The translations under genes and the position numbers were made by a program. From NCBI RefSeq assembly GCF_001194135.2, contig NC_068998.1:35517406-35557869 (forward strand): 40,464 bases of DNA, written 5' to 3'. Below, in pieces: positions 23,488 through 34,919 of this stretch; the first letter of the stretch is position 1, and each line of letters begins with the position of its first letter. Under the pieces are notes generated by a model. It was given only the letters and a program-made list of their open reading frames with translations, did not search any database and was not told where the DNA came from. The stretch is from Octopus bimaculoides. Its lineage: Eukaryota.

Positions 23488-23660
23488 GATTGCGGTCATG
23501 CTGGAGCACGGCATTGAAAGGTAAAGCCTAACAAATCGACCCTGGTATTTACTTTTAAGTATGGTACTTATTCTATCGGCTCTTTGGTCGAACAGCTAAG
23601 TTACGGGGACGTAAACAAACCAACACGGGTTGCCAAGCGGGGGAAGAGAGACAAACACAA
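23488..23660 (-). mobile_element. SINE family A 3' module
   Basis: gtcatgctggagcac...gctaagttacggggacgtaaac. Confidence 0.75.
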
Positions 23661-23734
23661 AGACACATACACGTGTGCGTGTATGTATATCTATCTATCT
23701 ATATCTCTCTCACTATCTCTCTTTCTATATATAT

Positions 23735-23790
<56 letters not shown>

Positions 23791-24463
23791 GTATATATAT
23801 ATATANNNNNNNNNNCACACACACACACACACACACACACATATGTATATATATATATATATATATATACGTTTCATAAATTGAACAGGAGCACGACAAA
23901 GTAACGAACACAAGATTCACACATACAAGACATGGACATGCTTTTTCCTCATCAATTATCGTCCAAATATTCATTGCAATTTCATGCCTTTAACGAGGAA
24001 AGAGCATGTCTTTGTCTTGTGCATGAATTTTCTGTTTGTTCTGTTGTCATACTTACTTTCAATTTTTGCAACTTATTATATAATGTAAAGCCACGCATCT
24101 TTCTTCTTATTGTCACCTCCAGCACACACATACAAATATATATATATATACATATATTCCTCTTCCCCCTTTATCTTTCTTCCACTTACCTTATACTTAC
24201 ACTCATTGCCTCTCTTCGTCCCTATTCCTATGCCTGTCCTGTTCTTTCAGTGTTCTAATTGGCTTATATCCAGAAATTATTCTGATAGAAATACTATCAG
24301 TTTTCTGAGTCGTTCAATTTTTCTCAACCGATCCATGGGCCTTTCAATAAGACACCTATCATGACTACTGGAAACAGCTGTAAGTCAAATTTCCGACAAT
24401 AATGAAATACGAAATGACCATTATTTATGCCTTCTTATATATATGTGTGTGTGTGTGTGTGTA

Positions 24464-24500
<37 letters not shown>

Positions 24501-25009
24501 CTGCACTTTATGAAGTTTTAAAATAAAGTGAAAATTTTCAAATTTGGTGTATGGTGTACTGAGGTAATTTTTCACGCTGATTCTTAGGGCTTAATTGACT
24601 TGTTTCAAATTTCTATATCTTTTTTTTTTTTTTTTTAATGTTACTGAGGTTTAAAGTCTGATCATGGTTACCAAGTCAGAAAACAAGATTTCGAAGCTGT
24701 CATTTTGTGTATGAGTGAAATCGTAAGACAACAAAACAATAATGTCAACATTGCGTTGATAGTATGTGTTTAATAAGCGATAAATGGTCAAAAGTCGAGA
24801 AAACAACACATATTTCGTAGTTTAAGTATGTTTGTCCTAAATATTTTATTTTCGGTAAGAAAAATTCACACTTTTCTTCACTCAAAGTAAAGCCGTAATT
24901 CCTAATTTTTTTTCGAACACATGTTTTACGTGCTCTACATGTCGGTCCCGGAATTCACTTTTTATGAGTATCTCATCCAGATATGGAATTGCGAATTCAC
25001 AGTCCGCTA

Positions 25010-26970
25010 AACTTGCATCTGTTGAAAAATCGCCGGTGTGACTTTTAAGCCAAACGGTAACCTGTTGTATTTATACAGTCCTTTATGCGTATCACGTGTT
25101 AGATATTCAGAGCATTCATTGTTAACTCTAATTTGTAGGTATGCATCAGAGAGATCCTGTTTAAAAAATATCTTGCCACCGTTTAATTTCACAAATATGT
25201 CCTCCGGAGTAGGTAGCAGATAGTGGCCGTTTTAAGACATTCGTTTAAACCTGTGGAAAAATCAGCACACACTCTGACTTTATTATTCTTTTTCTTAACG
25301 TACAGTTGGTAATGCCCATTGACTGTATTCCACTTTTTGATTAAGTTCAAATTTTTTCTATTCTCTCTAACTCTAAATGTATCTGTTCTGACGTTGCGAA
25401 AGGTACTGTTCGTTTTAGTTTAAATACCAGTATGGCGCTTTTTTTTTTATTTGAAACTTTGCCTTTGTTTTGGTGCAGAGACCTAATTCATCAGACAGAA
25501 CTTCAGGAAAACATTAAAAAAATTTTTTTAAATTCGTCTGACTCTTATTTGTACTGGCGGAAAAGCCATTCACATTTTAACAGAAAAGATTTATAAGTTA
25601 AATAATTCCATCCAGTCTGTTCCGAGTAAATTTGTCGTACAATTCAGCACAAAAACTCATTTTTAAGGTTTTTCCACGAAATGTAACGTCACTTAACATT
25701 TCTCCTTTAAAATATAATTTTTTCCTGAAACACCAAGTGCTATTTTCGAAGTTTCTTTTAATCTAGGTCTCCCGATTTTTTCCATGTATCTTTGTTAATT
25801 ATCGAGATATCACTGCCCGTATCCAATTGTAACTTTACGCCTGTGTTATTAATTTTTGCATACACAAATTTTCTTCGAGGCTCGTTCATATTTGTTGCCA
25901 CCGATGACCTGCTTACGTTATTTTTCCTGTTGAACCGTTTTTTAAGTTTTGCTTTGCAATGTGATTTTTTAATATCCTATCTTACGACACTTGAAGCATT
26001 TTATATTTTTTAACGGACAGTTACTTTTAAAATGTAGACCACCATAACATGGATTCGTTCTTGACATCTTTTTCTCTTTTTTTCATATCCTTTACCGGTC
26101 GACACGCCTGAATATGAAAGCAATCTTTTTTCTTCAATTTTATTTGCGTCACTTCTTAGATTTATAATCTTCTGGTATTCTTCAGCCTGTAAAGTTCATT
26201 TTTGATCTTGTTCTAATTTTTGCTAATACTTGGAAACGCATATCTGCATCTTTGCTTGCAATTAGCCCTTGAACAAAAATTAGACATAAGAGCATGCCCG
26301 GGGTTAATTCATTTAATTTGAATTTTTCACACAATCTGTACACAAACCCAGCATAGGTGACGAAATCTTCATCTTTTTTGACCAAATTTAAACATTGCTA
26401 GCGAGTAGTGAACAGGGAACTGCTTTCACTGAAAATTTTTGATAAAAACATTGTTTCATCGGAACAAATCTCACCTGATGTGTTCGACAGAATATATTTA
26501 CTCTATTTTTTGTGTTCGGCAGGGGATAACTTTCTTAAAGTGGTCGTACATTTTTCTCGTCAGACCAATTTTTACATTCCTCTTTGAAGATTCTTCGTAT
26601 CTTCGAAAATATGCAGAGAAGGTAATTCTTTCTTCTGGTTTATGACTGACTTCTTCAATTGAAAAAGCTAGTCTGTCGAGTAAGAACCAACAGTATTTTC
26701 AGACTTGGTTTTGCTGTTGTAGTTGCTGTTGTTGTTGCAACTGCAGCACGGAGGCCCATAAAACTTCCATGTTAAAACAACTTTTTCTTTGTTGCTTACC
26801 AAAAAAAAAAAAAAGAAAAAAAGAAATTAAATGTCGCCACTTTTATATCCTGGAGTTTGATAAATAATTTAACGAAGCAAGGGGAAAGAAAGTATTTGCA
26901 CGACGCACTACGATTACTGTTACACGAGGTTAAACGCTCTCTGCCAACGGCTCACAGTGAACTGCTTACC
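25010..26970 (-). mobile_element. Ty3/gypsy LTR retrotransposon 5' half (LTR end, PBS, gag, protease, partial RT), degraded
   Basis: PBS-like GTGGCGAC (26833-26840); gag TFSAYFRRYEE, EDFVTYAG, LIFVQGL, DADMR; zinc-knuckle remnant ~25950-26060; protease LQLDTGSDISII (DTG at 25815-25823); RT DLSDAYLQI and YNRLPFGLKVTPAIFQ. Breaks before YLDD. Upstream LTR limit uncertain. Confidence 0.9.
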
Positions 26971-27399
26971 TCAATTAGTGACTTGTGGGTGGTCGGAATC
27001 CTTCCACAACAAATTTGCTGAAGGAATTTGTTATGCCACGTATTGGTGAATTGTTTAGGGATAAAGAAAAGTTTGTTTTCAATAGAAAGGCGCATTTCCG
27101 CGCTATCATCTTGATGTAAAAGTTTATCTTCATAAAAATCTAGCGATTAAGTTGACAGAGTGCTGAGGTACCAATGAATATCAGCTGCGTTCATCAATTC
27201 TTAGGCATATAAGTTATTTTATGAGGACACCTAACAGATGAGTTTTATCACGCAAAACAAGTAAGACAAATGAAAAGGAAGCGAATTCGCTCAAATACCA
27301 ACTGAATTGATTAATAATGTGCGGCTCGCGTTGTCAACATTGTCTGGACCAGAACTGCCAACATTTCGAACACTTATTGTTACTCAAAGCACTTGCATA

Positions 27400-27402
<3 letters not shown>

Positions 27403-27449
<47 letters not shown>

Positions 27450-27940
27450 NNNNNNNNNNNNNNNNNNNNNNNNNNNNNNNNNNNNNNNNNNNNNNNNNNN
27501 NNNNNNNNNNNNNNNNNNNNNNNNNNNNNNNNNNNNNNNNNNNNNNNNNNNNNNNNNNNNNNNNNNNNNNNNNNNNNNNNNNNNNNNNNNNNNNNNNNNN
27601 NNNNNNNNNNNNNNNNNNNNNNNNNNNNNNNNNNNNNNNNNNNNNNNNNNNNNNNNNNNNNNNNNNNNNNNNNNNNNNNNNNNNNNNNNNNNNNNNNNNN
27701 NNNNNNNNNNNNNNNNNNNNNNNNNNNNNNNNNNNNNNNNNNNNNNNNNNNNNNNNNNNNNNNNNNNNNNNNNNNNNNNNNNNNNNNNNNNNNNNNNNNN
27801 NNNNNNNNNNNNNNNNNNNNNNNNNNNNNNNNNNNNNNNNNNNNNNNNNNNNNNNNNNNNNNNNNNNNNNNNNNNNNNNNNNNNNNNNNNNNNNNNNNNN
27901 NNNNNNNNNNNNNNNNNNNNNNNNNNNNNNNNNNNNNNNN

Positions 27941-27978
<38 letters not shown>

Positions 27979-28035
27979 ATATATATATGTATATATACAT
28001 ACATACATGCACACACACACGCACACATACATAGC
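27403..28035. repeat. (CT)n, gap 27450-27940, then (TA)n/(CA)n
   Basis: Direct reading. Confidence 0.95.
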
Positions 28036-28349
28036 AAATAGATGTTTTATAAAACTATTTCGCACATACAATAACAGCTATACCAACAATCCAACATGCC
28101 TCCATCATCAGCTGCCCCACAGATATCATTATGATTTCGACATCTGTACAGTACCATCCAACCCGGTGGTATCAACAGCACTAAAATAAGTGTTGTTTTG
28201 GAACAAACATACAATATATATCACCACATTCATTCAATCTTAATTCTAGGAAAGATTAAACGCTAGCATTATTAATTAAATTACAACAAAGAAACACATT
28301 TACCCTATGTACAAAAAATAGGTATGTATGTATGTGTATATATCTACAC

Positions 28350-28495
28350 ACAAACATACATACGATGAACTTCCACACAGTTTCTGTCTATTGAATTCTC
28401 TCTCATGACATTGGTCAGCCTGGAGCTACCACTGAAAACACTTGCATGAATACCACGTGTTCGTTAAGTGAACATCTTAACCACAGGACCACAAT
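28350..28495 (-). mobile_element. Old SINE family A fragment
   Basis: cagtttctgtcta...ttggtcagcctggagcta...aacacttgc, degenerate match. Confidence 0.55.
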
Positions 28496-28758
28496 CCCAC
28501 ATCAACGTTCAGGAGGTGTATATTCATGGACTGTTAGGGCTTGTCGATCTTTGATGCGTGAACAAACTGTTGTACATGCACGAACAGGTGTTCTTTTGTT
28601 CATTGTATATTTGTTTCGTTTTGTAAGCGTTGCCTGTTTACAACTTTTAATGATGTTCATTGCCCTGCTTTACATTCTGTTTTGTTGTTGCTGGCCCAGA
28701 TGTAAATATGGGAGTTGAGCAAGCTATAATATATGTTTTAATATGAGTACAAGGTCGA

Positions 28759-28961
28759 AGGTGGCGAGCTGGCAGAATCGTTAGCACGCCTGACAAAATG
28801 CTTAGCTACATCTCATGAAGTTCAAATTCCACCTAGGTCAACTCTACCTTTTTATCCCTTTCATGGTCAGTAAAATAAGTACCGGTTAAGCACTCAAGGT
28901 CGATATAATCGACTTACCCACTCCCTCCAATCTGCCGGCCGTGTGCCAAAATTTGGAATCA
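28759..28961 (+). mobile_element. SINE family B
   Basis: ggtggcgagctggcagaatcgttagcacgcc...gttcaaattcc...gtgccaaaatttgg. Confidence 0.85.
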
Positions 28962-29055
28962 GTATGAGGTTGACTACATTGACATTAGTACTTGACTGGT
29001 GCTCTACTTTATTGACTCTTGAGGAATGAAAGGCAATGTAGACTCTGGTCTACAT

Positions 29056-29141
29056 TGTATTGCAAGAACTAGTATAATATAATGTACTAGTATATAATGT
29101 ATTGCAAGAACTAGTACATTATAATGTATTGCAAGAACTAG
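29056..29141. repeat. Short tandem repeat, three copies of tgtattgcaagaactagt
   Basis: Copies at about 29056, 29098 and 29125. Confidence 0.85.
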
Positions 29142-29199
29142 TTTTTTCCCGGCGCAATAGCAATTCTGTCAACTTGTCACCTTATATGCAGCTTATAAT

Positions 29200-29375
29200 A
29201 ATCCTTACTATTGTTGGCAGGAAGCTAATCGATCATATCAAACCCAGTGCTGAACTGGTCCTTATTTTATCGACCCCGAAAAATAAGCAAAGACTAACTT
29301 CTGTGGCATTTGAAATCAGAGCGTAAAGCCGGAAGAAATACTGCTAAATATTTTGTCGCCGCCTTATGAGCAACG
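29200..29375 (-). mobile_element. SINE family B, diverged
   Basis: ttattttatcgaccccgaaa...atttgaaatcagagcgtaaag...tgctaaatattttg. Confidence 0.7.
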
Positions 29376-29834
29376 CATGAAATACGTAAGCAAAACAGGA
29401 AAAAAAAACATGAGAGAGAGAGAGAGATGACAATAGTAAATAAGAAAATAGAAATAGTAAAAAAGGACAGCCAGAAAAAATGTAAAATGAAAGGAAATAT
29501 AGCGAAAACAAAAGTAAAACTTGGGAGAGAGGAAAGAGCGAGACAGAAAGAAAACAACCAGGAATGAAGAGACGGTGAGAAATGTGTCATTTAATTGTAT
29601 CTTTGTGAATATTAAATAAAAAGGAGAAATATATTTATTTATAAGAGAGAGCGAAAAGAACAAAAAAATAAGCTTAAGAAAATGTAAGACATTGAGGCTA
29701 CATAAATTGTTTTAAACTGAGAGAGAAAGAGTGACAGAAGTAGAAAGAACTGGAAGTTGAGAGAACGAGTGTTTTTAGAAGGCGGTACGAGTCGCTCGTG
29801 AGGCGCTAGAGAGATACTATATATTTTCTTAAAG

Positions 29835-29924
29835 GAGTGGCGTTGGAGAAAACGTCTGCACTAATAGAGTATCATAAATCTAATATGGATAGGCTAGGTG
29901 TGGGGAGATTTCAACAAGTTGAAG
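29835..29924 (+). other. Candidate 90 nt symmetric internal exon (unconfirmed)
   Basis: tattttcttaaag acceptor, GAAG|gtaaga donor, one open frame VALEKTSALIEYHKSNMDRLGVGRFQQVE. Confidence 0.25.
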
Positions 29925-30223
29925 GTAAGATGTATTGAAAACTGAAGTAGAGCTGTGAATGGAAAAAGAAAGAAGAGAAGAAGAAAGTCGAAAGAAGGTA
30001 ATGAGCGCATGTAACAATAAATACGTACTGATTGCTTGCAAGACTAAGAAGAATATTTCAGTAAAGAGAAGTAAATAACATATATAAGTAAATTTAAGTG
30101 AAAGTTCGCAATAAAAAACAACAACAAAAGACCCAATGTGGTGACATCATCATAACAATTCAATGAGGTCACACACATACACACACATATACACACACCT
30201 ACTAATCGTAATGATTCTCAAAA

Positions 30224-30477
30224 GATACGTGGCTGTGTACAAAGAAGCTTGCTTCCCAACGGCATAGTTTCGGGTTCAGTTCCACCGTGTAGCACCTTGA
30301 GCAAGTGTCTTCTACTATAGCCTCGAGCTGACCAAAGCCTTGAGTGAATTTGGTGGAAGGAAACTGAAAGAAACCTGTCCTATCTATCTGTTTGTCTGTC
30401 TGTCTGTGTGCGTGCATGTGTGTGTGTGTGTGTGTGTGTGTGTGCCACCATCACTTGACCACCGGTGTTGGTGTGTG
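30224..30477 (+). mobile_element. SINE family A, 3'-truncated
   Basis: gaagcttgcttcccaac...ccttgagcaagtgtcttctactatagcc, then microsatellite. Confidence 0.85.
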
Positions 30478-30609
30478 GAACGATGTAATAACACCAGATG
30501 CAACGCGCAAGTGCAAAAGTATCAGGTGACGTAAGATGCTTCACAATTCCAAGATTTACATTTCATTTTTGCTTCAAGTTATATGCTGATGGTGAAATGC
30601 CGGTAGTTC

Positions 30610-30644
<35 letters not shown>

Positions 30645-30784
30645 GAAAATGAGGGGTTTAGTTCACTTGCTATCTAAACGAATAGATACGCTGAGTAAAT
30701 GATATAGCTGGTCGTCCTTTAGGTTCCAAGTTCACAGCTGAGGCTGGGTTTATGGTTCCGTATTAGGTTTTCGTTATAGCAGGT

Positions 30785-31386
30785 ATATGTTATATTAGAG
30801 AATAAAGCAAAAGCAAGGCAGAACGAGTATCACAAGTCATTTAGTATACCGTCATCAGAGACATATTTTAGACGGAAAATTTACAGTTTATAAGGAATAA
30901 AATAGAATAAAGTGTAAAGGTAGAATACAGGTGGGAGAATAATGTTCACAACTCATCTTTTTCCAGAGGATATGGATGTTTGTCGGTACTTCCACGAAGG
31001 TACAAGTCCTTAGTTAAAATCCCATGTAAGGACCTGTATCTTTATTGGGGTACTAACCAACTTCTATATATTCAGGAAAAAGATGAGTTGTGAACATTAC
31101 TCTCCCGTCGGTATTCTACCTTTACTCTTTATTCTTTTATTTACTCCTTTATTCTGCTCTTTTATTCCTTATTAACTGTGAATATATTTTATTCCTTGTA
31201 AATTGCAAATTTTCTGTTTAAAATATTCATCCCTTGTCTCTGATGACGGTACACCCAGTGCGTGGACATGCTAATCTATCACTTGGGTTATCCCAGAAAC
31301 GGCTGTAAGATATCAAATTCACCTTGCCCTAGTTAAATTATTCTAAATGACTTCAGATACTCGTTCTGCTTTGGTTTTCCTTTTCC

Positions 31387-31395
<9 letters not shown>
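30785..31395. repeat. Large imperfect inverted repeat, probably inverted Penelope-like terminal repeats
   Basis: Perfect 25 bp pair 30940-30964/31075-31099, inner arms 30986-31012/31027-31053, outer homology to ~30785/31395; loop 31013-31026. Confidence 0.8.
31235..31312 (+). ncRNA. Minimal type I hammerhead-ribozyme-like motif, probably degenerate
   Basis: tgtct-CTGATGA (31240-31246)-long stem II-GAAAC (31296-31300)-ggct-GTA-agata; stem I 5 bp with one G-U pair. Confidence 0.6.
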
Positions 31396-31442
<47 letters not shown>

Positions 31443-32338
31443 CATATGTGTGTATGTGTGTATCTAAATTTTGTACCACTCTTACTCTATCTTTTATTCT
31501 CACTCTCATTTTTCTTCTTTTCTCTCGCTTCCCCTCTCTCACATTTCTTCGCCCTCTTTCTTTAACTCCCACTATTTCCCACTCGTTTATCTCCCCTGCA
31601 TCTTTCCCTTTGTCTCCTTCAATCCCGTTGTCCCCTACCCATTTCTCCTCTTTCCACGTGACCGGTGTCCGGCCAGCCATGATCTTTCTTTCTTGGCCTG
31701 ACTGCCAACCGTCAACACGTCTTGTGTCCGTCTCCCATCTTCCTGCCTTTAGGCTTTCACTCCATACACGTTAGCTCAATTTGAAATGTTCTCAGTCGAA
31801 AGACGCCTGTTGTTATTTCTTGTTGTTTGTATTCGTAATTCTGTACCATGTTTTCCGTTTTTTTTTTTTTGCTTTTTTTTTTCTTTTGTCGCCGTACACA
31901 TTCGCTAGCTTTCTTACAAAGAAGTCTAATGCTCTTAGCTTAGACTTTTTTGGGGAAAACCAGATTGAACCATTTCAAGTGCAACTGTCCGAAATGGTCG
32001 TGACTTCTGATACTTGACTGAAGAAAGAAAGCCAAGAATGACCCGTCTTTTTTGCCTGTTCTTCTAATTATTGTTTCTCGTGTCCGCCTTTGTGTCGTCT
32101 TTCTGTCTGAAAGTNNNNNNNNNNNNNNNNNNNNNNNNNNNNNNNNNNNNNNNNNNNNNNNNNNNNNNNNNNNNNNNNNNNNNNNNNNNNNNNNNNNNNT
32201 ATTTTAATATGGGACAGGACCGCCTTTGGCAGTATTTACACTTTGAATTCTACGAGGTGTGGACTCGTACAAAGTTTGAATTGTTTCCAAAGGTATTTTT
32301 GTTCATTCTTCAACTAAAACAGTCTCCATTTCTTGTAG

Positions 32339-32381
32339 TGATGATGGTGAGGCTATTATGCCACTCCAGAAACCGGTTCAC
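32339..32381 (+). other. Candidate 43 nt internal exon (unconfirmed)
   Basis: ctccatttcttgtag acceptor, CAC|gtgagt donor; open frame DDGEAIMPLQKPVH. Confidence 0.25.
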
Positions 32382-32594
32382 GTGAGTCCAAATACTTGAA
32401 TGTATGCTGAGAGATTGTCTTGGCCCGTTTGCCTTCAGACAGTTGATTTCTGTAGTTATTATCAGTGTATTTTGGCGATTTAAATAAGAGTTTTGACTGT
32501 TGTTTCCAGCAGGTAGACATACGTAGTGTGTCCTTTGATTAATTGTATATATAGATAGATATATACATACATATGTGTGTGTGTGGAGGGGGTG

Positions 32595-32778
32595 TTTGTG
32601 TCTGTGTTTGCCCCTCCCCACCACTTGACAACCGGTGTCGATGTGTTTAAGTCCCCGTAATATACCGCTTCGATAATAGAGTCCGATAAAATAAGTACCT
32701 GATTTAACAGAAAGTAAGTACTGGGGTCGATTCGTTCGACTAAAATTCTTCAAGGCACATGGCCGTAGTTTAATGACA
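32595..32778 (+). mobile_element. SINE family A 3' module
   Basis: cacttgacaaccggtgtcg...gtccccgtaa...ctggggtcgattcgttcgactaaa. Confidence 0.75.
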
Positions 32779-33136
32779 CTTATGCGTGTGTCTGTGCCTG
32801 TGTATAATGATCTACGATAACTTAGCAATTTTTAAAAAAAGAACTTGTGAATAATGAAACTACGTCTCAGTATTTCGTAAGCACTCCTTCGCTCCTTTAG
32901 TTAACATCACGGCTTTGAGTCGACTAAGAAGGAATTTTATCAAATTTCTAATATGAGAGTATGATCCGAGTCTGTCTCCTCTTTGGTTAATGCTTCGATA
33001 GTTTTTATAGTTTTCGACGATTTTTATCGTAACCTTCTATCAAGATGTTCCCGTGCGGATTTTACTGGATTAAGGTCTCGGCATTGAGAAACTTATTTCA
33101 AAGATAGTTCAAAGAGATTCCGTGACTAAACCATTG

Positions 33137-33203
33137 AGAGAGAGGGAGAGAGAAAGAGAGACACAGAGAGACACAGAGAAAGGGAGAGAGAGAGAGACAG
33201 AGG

Positions 33204-33300
<97 letters not shown>

Positions 33301-33312
33301 AAAGAAAGAGAG
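33137..33312. repeat. (GA)n microsatellite
   Basis: Direct reading. Confidence 0.95.
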
Positions 33313-34199
33313 ATTGAATCAAAGTTTCACTCCAAAAGAGTACTGTAGTAAAACGCTAGCGTCTGCAGATATCAGATACCGGCAGCTTCTGTTTGATTTA
33401 GTTCAACTAAATAACGCCGCTAATGATTAATCACACCTGGGATGATCCTCTGTGTTACGTAAGTCGAGGCTGTGACGTCAGTAGATGTTAGTTCCGGCCA
33501 CTTTCTGCTTGATTTCGCCAAATACTACAACGAGGCTAAACTCCAATAACAACTGACCACACCTAGTATATGCATCTTGAAGTTATGCATGATGTAGGAA
33601 TAACGGCTATTTTTAACTGATGAGTACAGCTGAGATAATATACTGGATGCGCATGAATATGTATGTTTGTGTGTGTGTGTGTGTGTGCGTGTGTATGTGT
33701 GTGTGTATGTGTGTGTGTGTGTGTGTGAATGGCTATGTGCGTGTGAATGACTGTATGAGTGTGTGTGTGTGTGTAAATAGAATTTCACATTCCAAGAAAA
33801 TCATGCATCGTTTATCTTGTGTGATATACGTTTCATGTTGCACTCCGATAACGCCTATCTCTCCCTCTTTCTCTTTACCTATCTCTCTCTCTCTCTCTCA
33901 CTCTCTTGATNNNNNNNNNNNNNNNNNNNNNNNNNNNNNNNNNNNNNNNNNNNNNNNNNNNNNNNNNNNNNNNNNNNNATATATATATATATATATATAT
34001 ACATACATCTTTATACATATACATTTACATAACACATACGTACATAAATTATATGTGCATACATATATGAACATGCAGAGTAATGCGCGCGTTTGTGTGT
34101 GTGTGTGTGTACGTTTGTGCACATATCTAGACAGTGACATGCACTCATTCGTATGCATACGCACTCACATAGCTACAAACTTTTACGAACATACATAGA

Positions 34200-34477
34200 A
34201 CAGGCATTCCATCGATCAACGGAACAAACTACGTGTAAAATGGCTACGTGAAAGTGGCTGAGTACTCCACCAACACCTGTACCCCTAACGTAAATCTTTG
34301 AGATTCAGCGTGACAGAATGTGACAAGCCTGCCCTTTGAAATACAGGTACTACTCATTTTTGCTAGCTAAATGGACTGGAGCAACCTGAAATAAAGTGTC
34401 TTGGGAATCGCCGGGAATCGAATTCACGACCTTACGATCATGAGCCGAATACCCTAACCACTAAGCTACGCACCTTT
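34200..34477 (-). mobile_element. tRNA-derived SINE, family C
   Basis: gggaatcgaattcacgacc...ctaaccactaagctacgc head; gagattcagcgtgaca...tgtgacaag module shared with 15260 and 39980. Confidence 0.85.
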
Positions 34478-34653
34478 GCACAAACATACATAGAAATATC
34501 TGAAGGTCTCAAACCCGAACATCCTGTTCGGGTTAGAGTTGTTGTTATGTTTGTATTGGCACAAAGGTATTATATTTGGTCTGAAGTGCGATGGGATTAT
34601 GTGATGTGTATGCTTGCAGAAGGACATTCACGCCGTAGGAGAGGTAAAATTAC

Positions 34654-34688
34654 TTTCAAAATGTGACTGAAAGCGTGCCGCCATCTTG
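34654..34688 (-). promoter_or_regulatory. YY1-type motif CAAGATGGCGGC overlapping a candidate start codon and first exon
   Basis: gccgccatcttg at 34677-34688 in a CpG-richer patch; ATG at 34684 reads MAARFQSHFE then A|gtaatt donor. Confidence 0.35.
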
Positions 34689-34919
34689 GCTTCTCTATCG
34701 TCTCCCATACGCTCGTCAGAATTTAGGGTCATGTAATTCCCAGCTGAAGATTTCGCATGCTGGAGCTGGTCAATCATTTTTAGCGTCAGAGACAGTCATA
34801 GACAAACCATAACATAGCATAATATATACATTCATTCAAGCAAGCGCAAGTGCTTGCACGCATGCTCACACACAAAGACCCCCCCCCACACACACACACA
34901 CGTTTTAATTTTTAAAGTG

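Noticed and set aside
23780-23850. Tandem duplication around the 10 N gap
   Set aside because: Identical microsatellite on both sides of a minimal gap indicates contig-overlap artefact.
26970-27017. 48 nt - strand exon QICCGRIPTTHKSLIE with GTAAGC donor
   Set aside because: Lies in or next to the putative gypsy LTR, so more likely TE sequence.
29056-29141. CRISPR-like repeat-spacer array
   Set aside because: Only three repeats with short, AT-rich, mutually similar spacers, no cas genes, and eukaryotic context.
29370-30160. K/E/R-rich or F/L/S-rich ORFs in purine/pyrimidine-skewed tracts (also 5400-5520, 31480-31760)
   Set aside because: Low-complexity composition explains the open frames.
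34620-34643. 24 nt + strand microexon (cttgcag|...GAG|gtaaaa)
   Set aside because: Weak acceptor, abuts the - strand YY1/ATG candidate, and has no independent support.
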